Below, piece after piece: positions 46,958 to 58,974 of a DNA stretch of 64,000 bases. A program made the translations under genes and the position numbers. The notes under the pieces are model-generated. The model saw only the letters and a list, made by a program, of their open reading frames with translations. It did not search any database and was not told the origin of the DNA. The first letter of the stretch is position 1; every line of letters starts with the position of its first letter. This DNA comes from Squalus acanthias (taxonomy: Eukaryota). The stretch covers positions 310,001 through 374,000 of the forward strand of contig JASTWF010000328.1 in the NCBI GenBank assembly GCA_030390025.1, given 5' to 3'.

Positions 46958-49212
46958 TTGAATATACTCAGAGACTCAGCATTCACAGCCCCCTGGGGCA
47001 GAGAATCCACAGATTCACAGCCCTCTGAGTGAAGAAATTCCTCCTCATCTCAGTCTGAAATGTCCGACCCCTTATCCTGAGACTCTGCCCCCTAGTTCTA
47101 GACTCTCCAGCCTGGGGGAAACAACCTCTCAGCATCTACCCTGTCAATCCCCTTCAGAATCGTGTATGTTTCAGTGAGATCGCCTCTCATTCTTCTAAAC
47201 TCCAGGGAGTATCGGCCCATTCTACACAATCTCTCCTCATAGGACAGCCCTCTCATCCCAGGAATCAATCTAGTGAACCTTCGTTGCACTGCCTTCAAGG
47301 CAAGTATATCCTTCCTTGGATAAGGAGACCACAACTGTGCACAGTACTCCAGGTGTGGTCTCACCAAGGCCCTGTACAATTGTAGTTAGACTTCCTCACT
47401 CTTATACTCCAACCCCCTTGCAATAAAGGCCAACATGCCATTGCCTTCCTTATTGCTTGCTGTACCTATATGCTAGCTTTCTGTGTTTTTTGCACAAGGA
47501 CACCCAAATCTCTCTGAATACCAACATTTAAAAGTTTCTCACCATTTAAAAATTATTCTGCTTTTTCTATTCTTCCTACCAAAGCGAATAACCTCACATT
47601 TCCCTACATTATACTCCATCTGCCACCTTACTGCCCACTCACTTAGTCTATCTATATCCCTTTGCAGACTCTTTGTGTTCTCCTCGCAGCTTACTGTCCC
47701 ACCTAGCTTTGTATCATCAGGAAACTTGGATTCATTACACTCGGTCCCTTCATCTAGGTCATTAATATAGATTGTAAATAGCTGAGGCCCCAACACTGAT
47801 CCTTGCGGCACCCCACTAGTTACAGCCTGCCAACCTGAAAAAGATCCGTTTATCCCGACTCTCTTTTCTGTCCGTTAACCAATCCTCTATCCATGCTACT
47901 ATATTACCCCCAACCCCATGAGACCTAATCTTGTGTAACCTTTTATGTGGCACCTTATCGAATGCCTTTTGAAAATCCAAATATACTATATCCACTGGTT
48001 CCCCTTTATCTACCCTGCTAGTTACATTCTCAAAAAACTCAATACATTTGTCAAACATAGAACCATGTTGACTCTGCCTAATCATGTTATGATTTTTCTA
48101 AGTGACTTGATACCACTTCCTTAACAATGGATTCCAGCATTTTCCCAACGACTGATGTCAGGCTAACTGGCCTGTAGTTTCCTGGTTTTTCCTCTCGCTC
48201 CTTTCTTGAATAGCGGTGTTACATTCGCTACTTTCCAATCCGCTGGGACCATTCCAGAATCTAGGGAATTTTGGAAGATCAAAACCAATGCATCCGCTAT
48301 CTCTTCAGCCACCTCTTTTAGAACCCTAGGATGTAGGCCGTCAGGTCCAGGGGATTTGTCGGCTTTTAGTCCCATTAGTTTCTCTAGTTCTTTTTCTCTA
48401 CTTATATTAATTACGTTAAGTTCCTCACCCTCATTAGACCCTTGGTTCCCCACCATTTTTGGATTGCGTTTTGTGTCTTCTACTGTGAAGACAGATACAA
48501 AATATTTGTTTAACGTTTCTGCCCATTTCCTTATTCCCCATAATAATTCCTCCTCTCTCAGCCTCTAAGGGACCAATGTTTACTTTTGCTACTCTCTTCC
48601 TTTTTACATACTTGTAGAAGCTCTTACAATCTGCTTTTATATTTCTTGCTGGCTTTCTGTCATTCCATTTTTTCCCTTTTTATCAATTTTTTGGTCAACC
48701 TTTGCTGGTTTCTGAAACTCTCCCAATCCTCAGGCTTACTATTATTCTTTGCAACATTATAATCTTCTTTCAATCTAATGCTATCCATAACTTCTTTAGT
48801 TAGCCATGGTTGGATCACTCTTCCCGTGGAGTTTTTGTTTTTCAATGGAATGTATTTTAGTTGAGAATTATGACATATTTCTTTAAATGCTAGCCACTGC
48901 TTATCTACCGCCATACCTTTTAATCTATTTTTCCAATCTACCTTAGCCAACTTGCCCCTCATACCTATGTAATTGGCTTTATTTAAGTTTAAGACTCTAG
49001 TTTTGGACTTAGGCAAGTCACTCTCAAAATTAATGTGAAGTTCTATCTTATGATGATCACTCTGCCCCAGAGGATCCTTTACTATGAGATTGCTAATTAA
49101 CCCTGTCTCATTACACAGTATAAGATCTAAAATTGCCTGTTCCCCGGTTGGTTCCGTGACATATTGTTCCAGGAAACTGTCCCGAATGCATTCCATGAAC
49201 TCGTCCTGCAGA
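46958..49212 (-). mobile_element. Degenerate CR1 ORF2
   Basis: Successive frameshifted ORFs 48660-49196, 48163-48456, 47816-48085, 47539-47811 and 47098-47379. Confidence 0.92.
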
Positions 49213-49214
49213 CT

Positions 49215-49812
49215 CTTGGTCCGTAGCCCTGTAGGTTACGGCTCTTCAAGAGTACACCCAAGTACTTTTTAAATGTGCTGAGGGTCTCTGCCTCTACCAC
49301 CCTTTCAGGCAGTGAGTTCCAGACCCCCACCACCCTCTGGGTGAAAACATTACATCTGCTCTGCATCCTCCAGTGGATGGACTGGGGAGAAAGGTCTTTA
49401 TTAGTCAAGGCATAGAATATAAGAGCAGAGAGGTTATGCGTGAACTGTATAAAACACTAGTTAGACCGCAGCTGGAATACCGCGTGCAGTTCTGGTCACC
49501 ACATTACAGGAAGGATGTGATTGCACTAGAGAGGGCGCAGAGGAGATTTACGAGGATTTTGCCTGGGCTGGGGAATTTTAGCTATGAGGAAAGATAGGAT
49601 AGGCTGGGGTTTTCTTTGGAACAGAGGAGGCTGAGGAGAGACCTAACTGAGGTGTATAAAATTATGAGCGGCCTAGATAGAGTGGATAGGAAAGACCTAT
49701 TTCCCTTAGCAGAAGGGTCAATAACCAGGGGGGCATAGATATAAAGCAGATGGTCAAAGGATTAGAGGGGATTTGAGGAGAATTCTTTTCACCCAGAGGG
49801 TGGTGGAGGTGA
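49215..49812. mobile_element. Small CR1 3' fragments (minus ~49215-49350, plus ~49397-49812)
   Basis: [30 protein letters not shown]. Confidence 0.8.
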
Positions 49813-50146
49813 AATTGTACATTTCCATCCAGAATTCTGGTGACTTTCCAGAAGCCCAGCCGGGCAGGACGAGGATCTGAGGAAATGGAGAAAATCAAAC
49901 AGAAATACATCGGCCCTGAACTTTTACTTATCTGAAACATTGGAGGAAAATTGTACACTGCATTCCACTTCACAACATCAATATTATTCTCATTTTCTGT
50001 TCTGCCATAATTAGATCTCCCGGGGATTGAGAGGTCCACAGCTGGAGTAAACATGGATTGTAGACTGAAGAACAACAACAGGTGAACTAGCACAGGATTG
50101 TGAGAGCACCAACCAGAGAGAACTCTTCCGATTCAAAGAGCTTCCA

Positions 50147-50830
50147 GAGATCGACTGGGGAGAAAGGTAAGAGAGAGTCACATTGACTCAGATACACACT
50201 GGTCCTGGAGATGGACTGGGGAGAAAGGTCAGAGAGAGTCCCATTGACTCAGATACACACTGGTCCTGGAGATGGACTGGGGAGAAAGGTCAGAGAGTCC
50301 CATTGACTCAGATACACACTGGTCCTGGAGATGGACTTGGGGAGAAAGGTCAGAGAGTGTCCCATTGACTCAGATACACACTGGTCCTGGAGATGGACTT
50401 GGGAGAAAGGTCAGAGAGAGTCACATTGACTCAGATACACACTGGTCCTGTAGACAGTCCACAATGGTTACAAGGTAAGGCAGGTATTGGTGAGAATGAG
50501 ACTGGGAGAGTCTGACCACCGAGCACAATTATCCAGCATGAGGCCGTGCAATGGGATGTGAAGTGAGATCAGTTTCTGTCTCTAAACACAGAGTCACAGC
50601 GAATCTTGTGTATATTTTAGAGTAAATGGGTTTGATCTGAGGTGACTCCAGTCTGGGGCAGAACCCAGCAGATGGACATGTGTCTGTTTATTAGGTGGGG
50701 CTGAACTCAGATCTCAATGTTAAAATAGCTCAGATCTGGTGGGAAAGATTGAGCAGAGAAACTAATGATAGTCAATTCATTGAACACGATACAGAGAAAC
50801 CTCAAAGATCAGCACGGCCTGTGACCAGCA
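50147..50830. repeat. ~61-bp minisatellite (~5 copies) plus ~380-bp flank; copy A of a local duplication
   Basis: GACTCAGATACACACTGGTCCTG at 50185, 50246, 50305, 50367 and 50428. The flank is homologous to 56492-56890. Confidence 0.9.
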
Positions 50831-51137
50831 GGTACAGAGTATTGTCAGATAGTGAGTGCTGAGCACAGCTTCATTACCTTTGGACATCCCCAGTGTTTAG
50901 TACTGGTGACGGTGAAAGACATTAAACGCCGGGTGAGTGTTTGCCTCCTGTTTCATTGGTCACAGACACACAATACAGAAGTAGAACAACACCGGTCAAA
51001 GCAAGCAGGGAACGTGCTTCCAAAATCAACGTCAGATACACAGCGAGCATCAGATTCCCAGTGTATTCTGAAATGGTGAGAACCCAAACCAAGTAAATCA
51101 CAGAATATAGTCTGAAATGGGGGTGAGTAATAATATT

Positions 51138-51322
51138 AGAAATAAAAGCTGAAAATGCTGGAAACACTGAGCGAGTCAGGCAGCGTCTGTGGGGAGAGGA
51201 AGGTGGGGTTAATGTTTCAGATCCTGAACCTGTTCTCAGGAATGGTCATTGACCTGATCCGTTAACCCCACCGTTTTCAGCTTTTATGACAGATTTCCAG
51301 CATCTCCAGTATTTTGCTGTTG
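51138..51322. mobile_element. Short Penelope-like palindromic insertion
   Basis: Termini resemble those of 1611-1863. Perfect 15-bp flanking duplication GTAATAATATTAGAA at 51127-51141 and 51323-51337. Confidence 0.75.
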
Positions 51323-51769
51323 GTAATAATATTAGAAGTTGGTTTTGATATTAGAAGAGATGTATGTTTCCTCCCTTGTACAATGTCTGTTATATTCAGG
51401 GTAAGACTGTCCAGAGTGCAATAAATTCCTGTCCCCACTCTGCCCCTGCCTCCCCCTCTCTTTCCTCTGCCTCTACCCGCGCCACACTGACCTAACCCCT
51501 GTGTCAGCTGGACGCCCAACCCCTGGGCCAGTTGGGGGGTGGCGGGGTGGCGGTGGTGGAGGAACAACATCACTTGAATTGTACAGGGTCGGTCAGAAGG
51601 CAAGTGCCATATTGCAGAGCCTCCCTGCAAAACAAAATCATTGAATGAGATGTTTGATAAACGTATGAGGGAGAAAGGAATATAAGGTTATGCTGATGGG
51701 GGTTAGATGAAGAGCGGTGGCAGCAGGCTCGTGTGGAGCATAAACACCGTCACAGACCACTCTCGAACC

Positions 51770-52322
51770 CTCCACTGCCTCTGCTTTGTCACGCTGCTTG
51801 TCCGACATCCATCTGTGATGAGCTACACATTTCTCCAATTAAACATTGGGAAAGACCGAAGACATGGTCTTCAGCCCCTGCCAGGAATTCTGTTCCCTCC
51901 CCGTCCCAATCAGTGTCTTTTATCACCTGGAGACTTGAATTTCCCAGTGCTCTCCCGGTCGACCTTGATCCTTTCACCCTCCATAAACTTTAATGCATCA
52001 AGGCCGTGCTCACTGATCACCCCTGGCCTTGTGAATCTACATTGGCTCCTGGTCCCCCAGCACCTCCAAATTAAAACACTCATCCTCATTTAAACCCCTT
52101 CATGGTCTTGTCCCTTCCTGTCTCTGTAACCTCCTCCAATCCTACACTCCCCCACCTCCAAGATCTCTCTGTTTCTCCGACTCTGATCTCTTGTGCATTT
52201 CACCCTCTCCTCATCCCAACGGTGGCGGCTGTGCCTTCAGCTGTCCCGGCTCTGAAATTCCGCACCTAAATCTCTCTGCCTCCCTCTCCTCCTGTAAGAG
52301 CAGCCTAAAACCCACTTCTTCA
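51770..52322 (+). mobile_element. L2-clade LINE fragments
   Basis: Degenerate CLSDI..MS..FLQLNIGKTE and ITP.L..LHWL.V...QIK.LIL peptides. Confidence 0.7.
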
Positions 52323-55300
52323 AGAACATGAGAAATAGGAGCAGGAGGAGGCCATTTGGCCCTTCGAGCCTGCTCTGACATTCAATAAGATCACGGCTAA
52401 TCTATTACCTCATCTCCACTTTCCTACACTATCCCCATATCCCTTGATTCCCTTAATATTCAAAATTCTATTGATCTCTGTCTTGAATATACTCAACGAC
52501 AGAGCCTCCTCCACCCTCTGAGTGAAGAAATTTCTCTTCATCTCAGTCCTAAATGGCCGACCCCTTATTCTGAGACTGTGACCCCGGTTCTATTCTCCCC
52601 AGCCAGGGGTAACATTCTCCCTGCATCTACCCTGTCAAGCCCTGTAAGAATTTTGTATGTTTCAATGAAATTACCTTTCATTCTTCTAAACTCTGGAGAA
52701 TATAGGCCTAGTCTACTCAATCTGTCCTCGTAGGACAATTCCCCCGTCCCAGGAACCAGTCTGGTGAACCTTCGTTCCACTCCCTCCAAGGGAGGAAATA
52801 GCAGAGGCTCTGACAATCATTTTCCAATCCTCTCTGGCTACAGGTGTGGTGCCAGAGGACTGGAGGACTACTAACGTGGTACCGTTGTTTAAAAAGGGAT
52901 AGACCGAGTAGTTACAGGCCAGTCAGCCTAACCTCGGTGGTGGGAAAATTATTGTAAAACATTCTGAGGGACAGGATAAATCTTCATTTAGAAAGACACG
53001 GATTAATCAAGGGCTGTCAGCATGGATTTGTTATGGGGAGGTCGTGTCTGACTAACTTGATTGAATTTTTTGAGGAGGTAACAAGGAGGGTCGATGAAGG
53101 TAGTGTGTTTGATGGAGTGTATATGGATTTTAGCAAGGCTTTTGATAAGGTCCCACATGGCAGACTGGTCATGAAAGTAAAAGCCCATGGGATCCAAGGC
53201 AAAGTGGCAATTTGGATCCAAAATTGGCTCAGAAGTAGGAAGCAAAGGGTTATGGTCGATGGGTGTTTTTGTGACTGGAAAGCTGTTTCCAGTGGGGTTC
53301 CGCAGGGCTCAGTACTAGGTCCCTTGCTTTTTGTGGTATATATCAATGATTTAGATTTGAATATAGGGGGTATGATTAAGAAGTTTGCAGTTGATACAAA
53401 AATTGTCAATGCGGTGGATAATGAAGAAGAAAGCTTTAGACTGCAGGAAGAGATCAGTGGACTGGTCAGGTGGGCAGGACAGTGGCAAATGGAATTTAAT
53501 CTGGAGAAGTGCGAGTTAATGCATTTGGGAGGGCTAACAAGGCAAGAGAATACACAATAAATGGTAGGACACTGATAAGTGCAGGGGAACAGAGGGACCT
53601 TGGAGTGCATGTCCACAGATCCCTAAAGGTAGCAGGACAGGTAGATAAGGTGGTTAAGAAAGCATACGGGATACTTGCCTTTATTAGCCGCAGCATAGAA
53701 TATAAGAGCAGGGAGGTTATGCTTCAACTGTATAAAATGCTAGTTAGGCCTCAGCTAGAGTACTGCGTGCAGTTCTGGTCACCACATTACAGGAAAGATG
53801 TGATTGCGCTAGAGAGGGTACAGAGGAGATTTACGAGGATGTTGCCGGGAGTAGAGAATTTTAGCTATGTGGAAAGATTGGAGAGGTTGGGGTTGTTTTC
53901 TTTGAGGGGCCTAGATAGAGTGGGTAGGAAGGAACTATTTCCCTTAGCAGAAGGGTCATTAACCAGGGGGCATAGATTAAAAGTAATTGGTCAGAAGTTT
54001 AGAGGGGATTTGAGGAGAATTTTTTTCACCCAGGTGGTTGGGGGTCTGGAACTCACTGCCTGAAAGGGTGGTAGAGGCAGAGACCCTCATCACATTTAAA
54101 AAGTACTTGGATATGCACTTGAAGTGCCGTAACCTACAAGACTACGGGCCAAGTGCTGGAAAGTGCGATTAGGGTGGATAGCTCATTGTCGGCTCGCACG
54201 GACAAGATGGGCCAAATGGCGGCCTCCTGTGCTGTAAATTTCTATGATTCTATGGCAGGTATATCCTTCCTTGGGTAAGGAGACCTAAACTGTACACAAT
54301 ACTCCCGGTGTAGTCTCACCAGGGCCCTATATAATTACAGTAAGACATCTTTACTCTTATATTCAAATCCTCTTGTAATAAAGGCCAACATACCATTTGC
54401 TTTCCTAATTGCTTGCTGTACCTGCAAGTTAACTTTCAGTGATTCGTGTACAAGGACACCCAGGTCCCTCTGAACACCAACATTTCCCAATCTCTCTCCA
54501 TTTTAAAAATACTCTGCTTTTCTATTTTTCCTACCAAAGTGGATAACTTTTCATTTCTCCACGTTATATTCCATTTGCCATGTTCTTGCCCACTCACTTA
54601 GCCTTTCTATATCCCCTTGAGGCCTCCTTGCATCCTCCTCACAAATTACATTCCCACCCAGCTTTGTATCATCAGCAAACTTGGATATATTACTTTTGGT
54701 CCCCTCATCCAAATCATTGATGTAGATTGTGAATAGCTGAGGCCCAAGCACTGATTCTTGCGGTACCCCACTAATTACAGCCTGCCAACCCGAAAATGAC
54801 CCGTTTATTCCTACTCTCTGTTTCTGTCCGTTAACCAATCCTCAATCCATGCTAATATATTCACCCCAATCCCATGAGCCCTAATTTTGTTTAATAACCT
54901 CTTGTGTGGCACCTTGTTGAATGCGTTCTGAAAATCCAAATACACCACATCCACTGGTTCCCCCTTATCCTGCGAGTTATAATCTCAAAAAACTCTAACA
55001 GACTTGTAAAACACGAATTCCCTTTCATAAATCCGTGTTGACTCTGCCCAATCCTATTATTATTTTCTAAGTGCTCTGTTACCACATCCTTAATAATAGA
55101 TTCTAGCATTTTCCCTGCTACTGATGTCAGGCTAACTGGTCTGTAATTCCCCATTTTCTCTCTCCCTCCTTTCTTAAATCATGGGGTTACATTTGCTACC
55201 TTCCAATCCACGGGAACCATTCTAGAATCTGGAATTTTGGAAAATGACAACCAATGCATCCACTATCTCTATAGACACCTCTTTCAAAACCCTAGGATGT

Positions 55301-56013
55301 AGACCATCAGGTCCAGGGGACTGATTGGCTTTCAGTCCCATTAATTTCTCCAGTACTATTTTTTTTACTAATACTAATTTCTTTCAGTTCCTCATTCTCG
55401 CTCGACCCTTGGTTCTCCACTATTTCTGGGAATTTCTTTGTGTTTGTCTTCTGTGAAGACAAACACAAAGTATTTGTTTAATTTCCCTGCCATTTCCTTA
55501 TTCCCCATTATAATTTCTCCTTTCTCAGCCTGTAAGGGCCCCACATTTACTTTTGCTAATCTTTTCCTGTTTACAATACCTATAGAAGCTTTTACAGTCT
55601 GTTTGTATGTCTCTCGCTAGTTTACTCTCATTCTATTTTCCCTTTCTTTATCAATTTCTTGGTCCTCCTTTGCTGAATTCTAAAATCCTCCCAATCCTCA
55701 GGCTTACTACTCCTTTTGGCAACATTTTAAGCCTCTTCCTTTGATCGAATGCTATCTTTAACTTCTCTTGTTAGCCACGGTTGGACCACTTTTCCTGTGG
55801 GGTTTTTGTGCCTTAAAGGAATGTATATTTGTTGTAAATTATGTATTAATTGTTTAAATGCTAGCCATTGCTTGTCTACTGCCATACCTTTTAATGCATT
55901 TTCCCAATCTACCTTAGCCAACTCGCCCCTCATACTACGTAGTTTGCTTTGTTTAGATTTAAGACCCTAGTTTTGGATTTAACTAAATCACTTTCAAACT
56001 CAACATAAAATTC
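52322..56013 (-). mobile_element. Degenerate CR1, split at 52790/54255 by an opposite-strand CR1
   Basis: CCCTCCAAG|GCAGGTATATCCTTCC rejoins across the insert; RT motifs on the minus strand. Confidence 0.88.
52791..54254 (+). mobile_element. 5'-truncated CR1 with (ATTCTATG)n tail
   Basis: ORFs 53033-53560 and 53509-54063. Confidence 0.92.
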
Positions 56014-56215
56014 AGAAATAACAACAGAAAGCGCTGGAAAAACTCAGCAGGCCAGGCAAAAATCCGTGGAGAGAGAAACAGAGTTAACGTTTCAGGTCGA
56101 AGACCCTTCGTCAGAACTGAGAAAAAAGCAGGAAATGAAACAGATGAAAAAGCAAGTTTGGAGGCTGGGGGAGGGAATAAAAGAACAAAAGGGGAGGTCT
56201 GTGAGAAGAAAAGAG
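56014..56215 (-). mobile_element. Penelope-like terminal fragment with hammerhead-type motif
   Basis: 14-bp flanking duplication ACATAAAATTCAGA at 56003-56016 and 56216-56229; homologous to the palindrome arms. Confidence 0.75.
56084..56114 (-). ncRNA. Minimal type I hammerhead ribozyme-like core
   Basis: Minus strand reads CUGACGA-AG-GGUC-UUC-GACC-U-GAAAC-GUUAA: both catalytic boxes, stem II, and a palindromic AACGUU in place of stem III. Confidence 0.55.
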
Positions 56216-56227
56216 ACATAAAATTCA

Positions 56228-56890
56228 GACTCAGATACACACTGGTCCTGGAGATGGACTGGGGAGAAAGGTCAGAGAGTGTCCCATTGACTCAGATACA
56301 CACTGGTCCTGGAGATGGACTGGGGAGAAAGGTCAGAGAGTGTCCCATTGACTCAGATACACACTGGTCCTGGAGATGGACTGGGGAGAAAGGTCAGAGA
56401 GTGTCCCATTGACTCCGATACACACTGGTCCTGGAGATGGACTGGGGAGAAAGGTCAGAGAGTGTCCCATTGATTCAGATGAATACTGGTCCTGTAGACA
56501 GGACAAAAAAGCTACACGTTCAGGCTGGAAATGTTGAGAATGAGAGTGGGAGAGTCTGACCACCGAGCTCAATTATCCCGCATGAGGCTGTGCAATGGAA
56601 TGTGAAGTGAGGTCAGTTTCTGTCTCTGAACTCACAGTCAGAAGTGAATCGTGTGTGTTTTCTAGTAAAGGGATTTGATCTAAATAATGATTCCGGTCTG
56701 AGACAGTGCCCAGCAGACAGACACGTTCTTGTTTATTTGGTGGGGCTGAACTTACACCGACACCATCACATCTCAATTATAAATTAGCTTAGATCTGGTG
56801 ACAATTCAAATGGAAAGATTGAACCGGAAACACCATAGTCAATTCAATGATCACGATTCACAGACCAATCTCAAAGATCAGCACGGCCTA
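56228..56890. repeat. 61-bp minisatellite (~4.3 copies) plus flank; copy B
   Basis: Units at 56228, 56289, 56350, 56411 and 56472; offset 6044 bp from copy A. Confidence 0.9.
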
Positions 56891-57004
56891 TTACCGACAG
56901 AATCAATTATTCATTTACTAACAATTATAATTATAATGAAATATATCGCTAATTACAAACATCTAGAATTTGTGATTTATTGATCAATAGAGATATGCAG
57001 AATT

Positions 57005-57132
57005 CCGCCCGCACCCTGACCCGCCCGCCCCCTGACCCTCCCGCGCCCTGACCCTCCCGCCCCCTGACCCGCCCGCCCGCGCCCTGACCACTTCCGCCCG
57101 CGCCCTGATCCTCCCCGCACTCACCCCCTGAT
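57005..57132. repeat. C-rich short tandem repeat (CCGC(G/A)CCCTGAC-like)
   Basis: Directly visible. Confidence 0.85.
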
Positions 57133-57354
57133 TACCAATCAGTTGAAATATTTTTCACAAGTTTAGAATTTACAAATCGATGTCCTCGTGTCTCGATTTT
57201 GTATCAGTGGTGCAATGGAATTTTTTGAATCTGCGTGTTTCTGTTCTATTCTAATATACCCTGCTATAACCTGGAATTAAATATTTTGCAGTTAACAAGT
57301 TGCCTGAGATGTGGCTCTCATCAAGTAAACGAAGCGGTGCAAGAAAACACCCCC

Positions 57355-57677
57355 AGATTCAAGGCCCTGCTCCTGGGGAAGGTGATCAGATCCCATGAAC
57401 CGGTACAAGTGAACAGAGTCAGATTCAAGGCCCTGCTCCTGGGGAAGGTGATCAGACCGCAGGAACCGGTACAAGTGAACAGAGTCAGATTCAAGGCCCT
57501 GCTCCTGGGGAAGGTGATCAGACCGCAGGAATCGGTACAACTGACCAGAGTCAGATTCAAGGCCCTGCTCCTGGGGAAGGTGATCAGACCGCAGGAACTG
57601 GTACAAGTGAACAGAGTCAGATTCAAGGCCCTGCTCCTGGGGAAGATGATCAGACCGCAGGAACCGGTACAAGTGAA
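57355..57677. repeat. 66-bp minisatellite, ~4.9 copies
   Basis: AGATTCAAGGCCCTGCTCC at 57355, 57421, 57487, 57553 and 57619. Confidence 0.95.
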
Positions 57678-57758
57678 GCGACTCCTTCTCCCGGAGATTT
57701 ATTAAATGCAAATACTCCAAGCTTTGACCAAAAATCAGGTTAGTAGAATGAAACTCAC

Positions 57759-57822
57759 TTCAAATAAAGCATCTCTGAACATTTCAAGTACTGCTGCAAA
57801 ATTTGCCCAGTCACTCACTGAC
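57759..57822 (-). other. Candidate 64-nt internal exon of an unidentified transcript
   Basis: Acceptor TATTTTTTGCAG and donor GAA|GTGAGT; one frame reads SVSDWANFAAVLEMFRDALFE. Confidence 0.45.
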
Positions 57823-57952
57823 CTGCAAAAAATATATAACATAGTTACAAACGTGAAACAATTTTTAACGGCTACACTTGTGGCATATTCTGGTTTCTGT
57901 TCTCTACCCCTATACTTTAATGTTTCGGGATTTTTTAAGCCAAAAATGCTGA

Positions 57953-58440
57953 GGGGGTAGAAATTGCTTTTAGTGCGCAGAATGGACACCGCCCTTTGAA
58001 CGTGCACATAATCACGCGGCCGCAGAGAAGGCCTTAAACATGCCCATCCCATTATTTTAAGTAAAATTCGTGGGTTGTCAGCGCCATTTGCGCTGCGCAT
58101 TGGCCGCACGCAGAATGAGGGTCGCAAACTTCACCGCTGCTGACGCATGGCGGCCCAATTTCCAGACACTGCTTTCGAGGTTTTGCAGGAGGGCTCCGGG
58201 AATAGGGGCTTCTTCTATCCACCAGGCGGCAGGAAGATATCCAGGTAAGCTGTGAGTGGGGAGAGGTGGCAGAAATATAGCCCCATTACAGCTGCATTGC
58301 AGGAAGAAGTTCAACCACCTCACACGAAAACCCAAGATATGCCTACTAACTGATTTATATCATTACTCTCACGTAAGCCTTGCATTACCTGTTCCCCCGA
58401 CACTCTCAATCCTTCCCTCCCCAATTACCACAACTCTCAC
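57953..58440 (+). mobile_element. Probable PIF/Harbinger remnant (TIR-like start plus decayed Myb/SANT-like ORF)
   Basis: GGGGTAGAAATTG start; decayed ..FYPPGGRK..W.EVAE..CRKKFNHL peptide. Second TIR not found. Confidence 0.5.
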
Positions 58441-58974
58441 CGATTCACTGCAAATTCGTATCTGTGCATTCAGCAGCCCAGTAGCAGCAACATCTTCTGG
58501 ATACGGGGAATACATTTTAATACAGTTTCTGCTAAACCAGAAAAATAACAATACAACACAGCAGGTTGCATGGATACATATAATTCATAAGGTTTCCCGT
58601 TGCCATGGATTAATCAAACTTTTTTAACATTGATAACGCCTGTTTCAATTCCTTTTATAATAGAGAATATTGTTCAGTCATCCCAGCACTGGGGGTGCTG
58701 TAGTGAAGATTAACACATGTCCGCCTGCCATTCTCGCCTGTTTCAAACAATGCAGTGAGAACACATTCCAGTTCATCAGTCTAAGCATGAGCGAAACAAC
58801 GGAGATTCGTCAATAACAGATTAAACGACGTATTTATAATGCACACTTTCTGTAATCGTCACACATATTGCTGCCCTCGTCACTTGTCACATTCAATACC
58901 TGTTACACATCAAACTTCACAATGCAGACATTAAATTTGGAATATAACAACTCGCACACTGTTACTGGGGTATC

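Noticed and set aside
45718..57677. Short regularly spaced repeats resembling CRISPR arrays (78, 80, 61 and 66 bp)
   Set aside because: Units are wholly repeated with no unique spacers, there are no cas genes, and the context is vertebrate.
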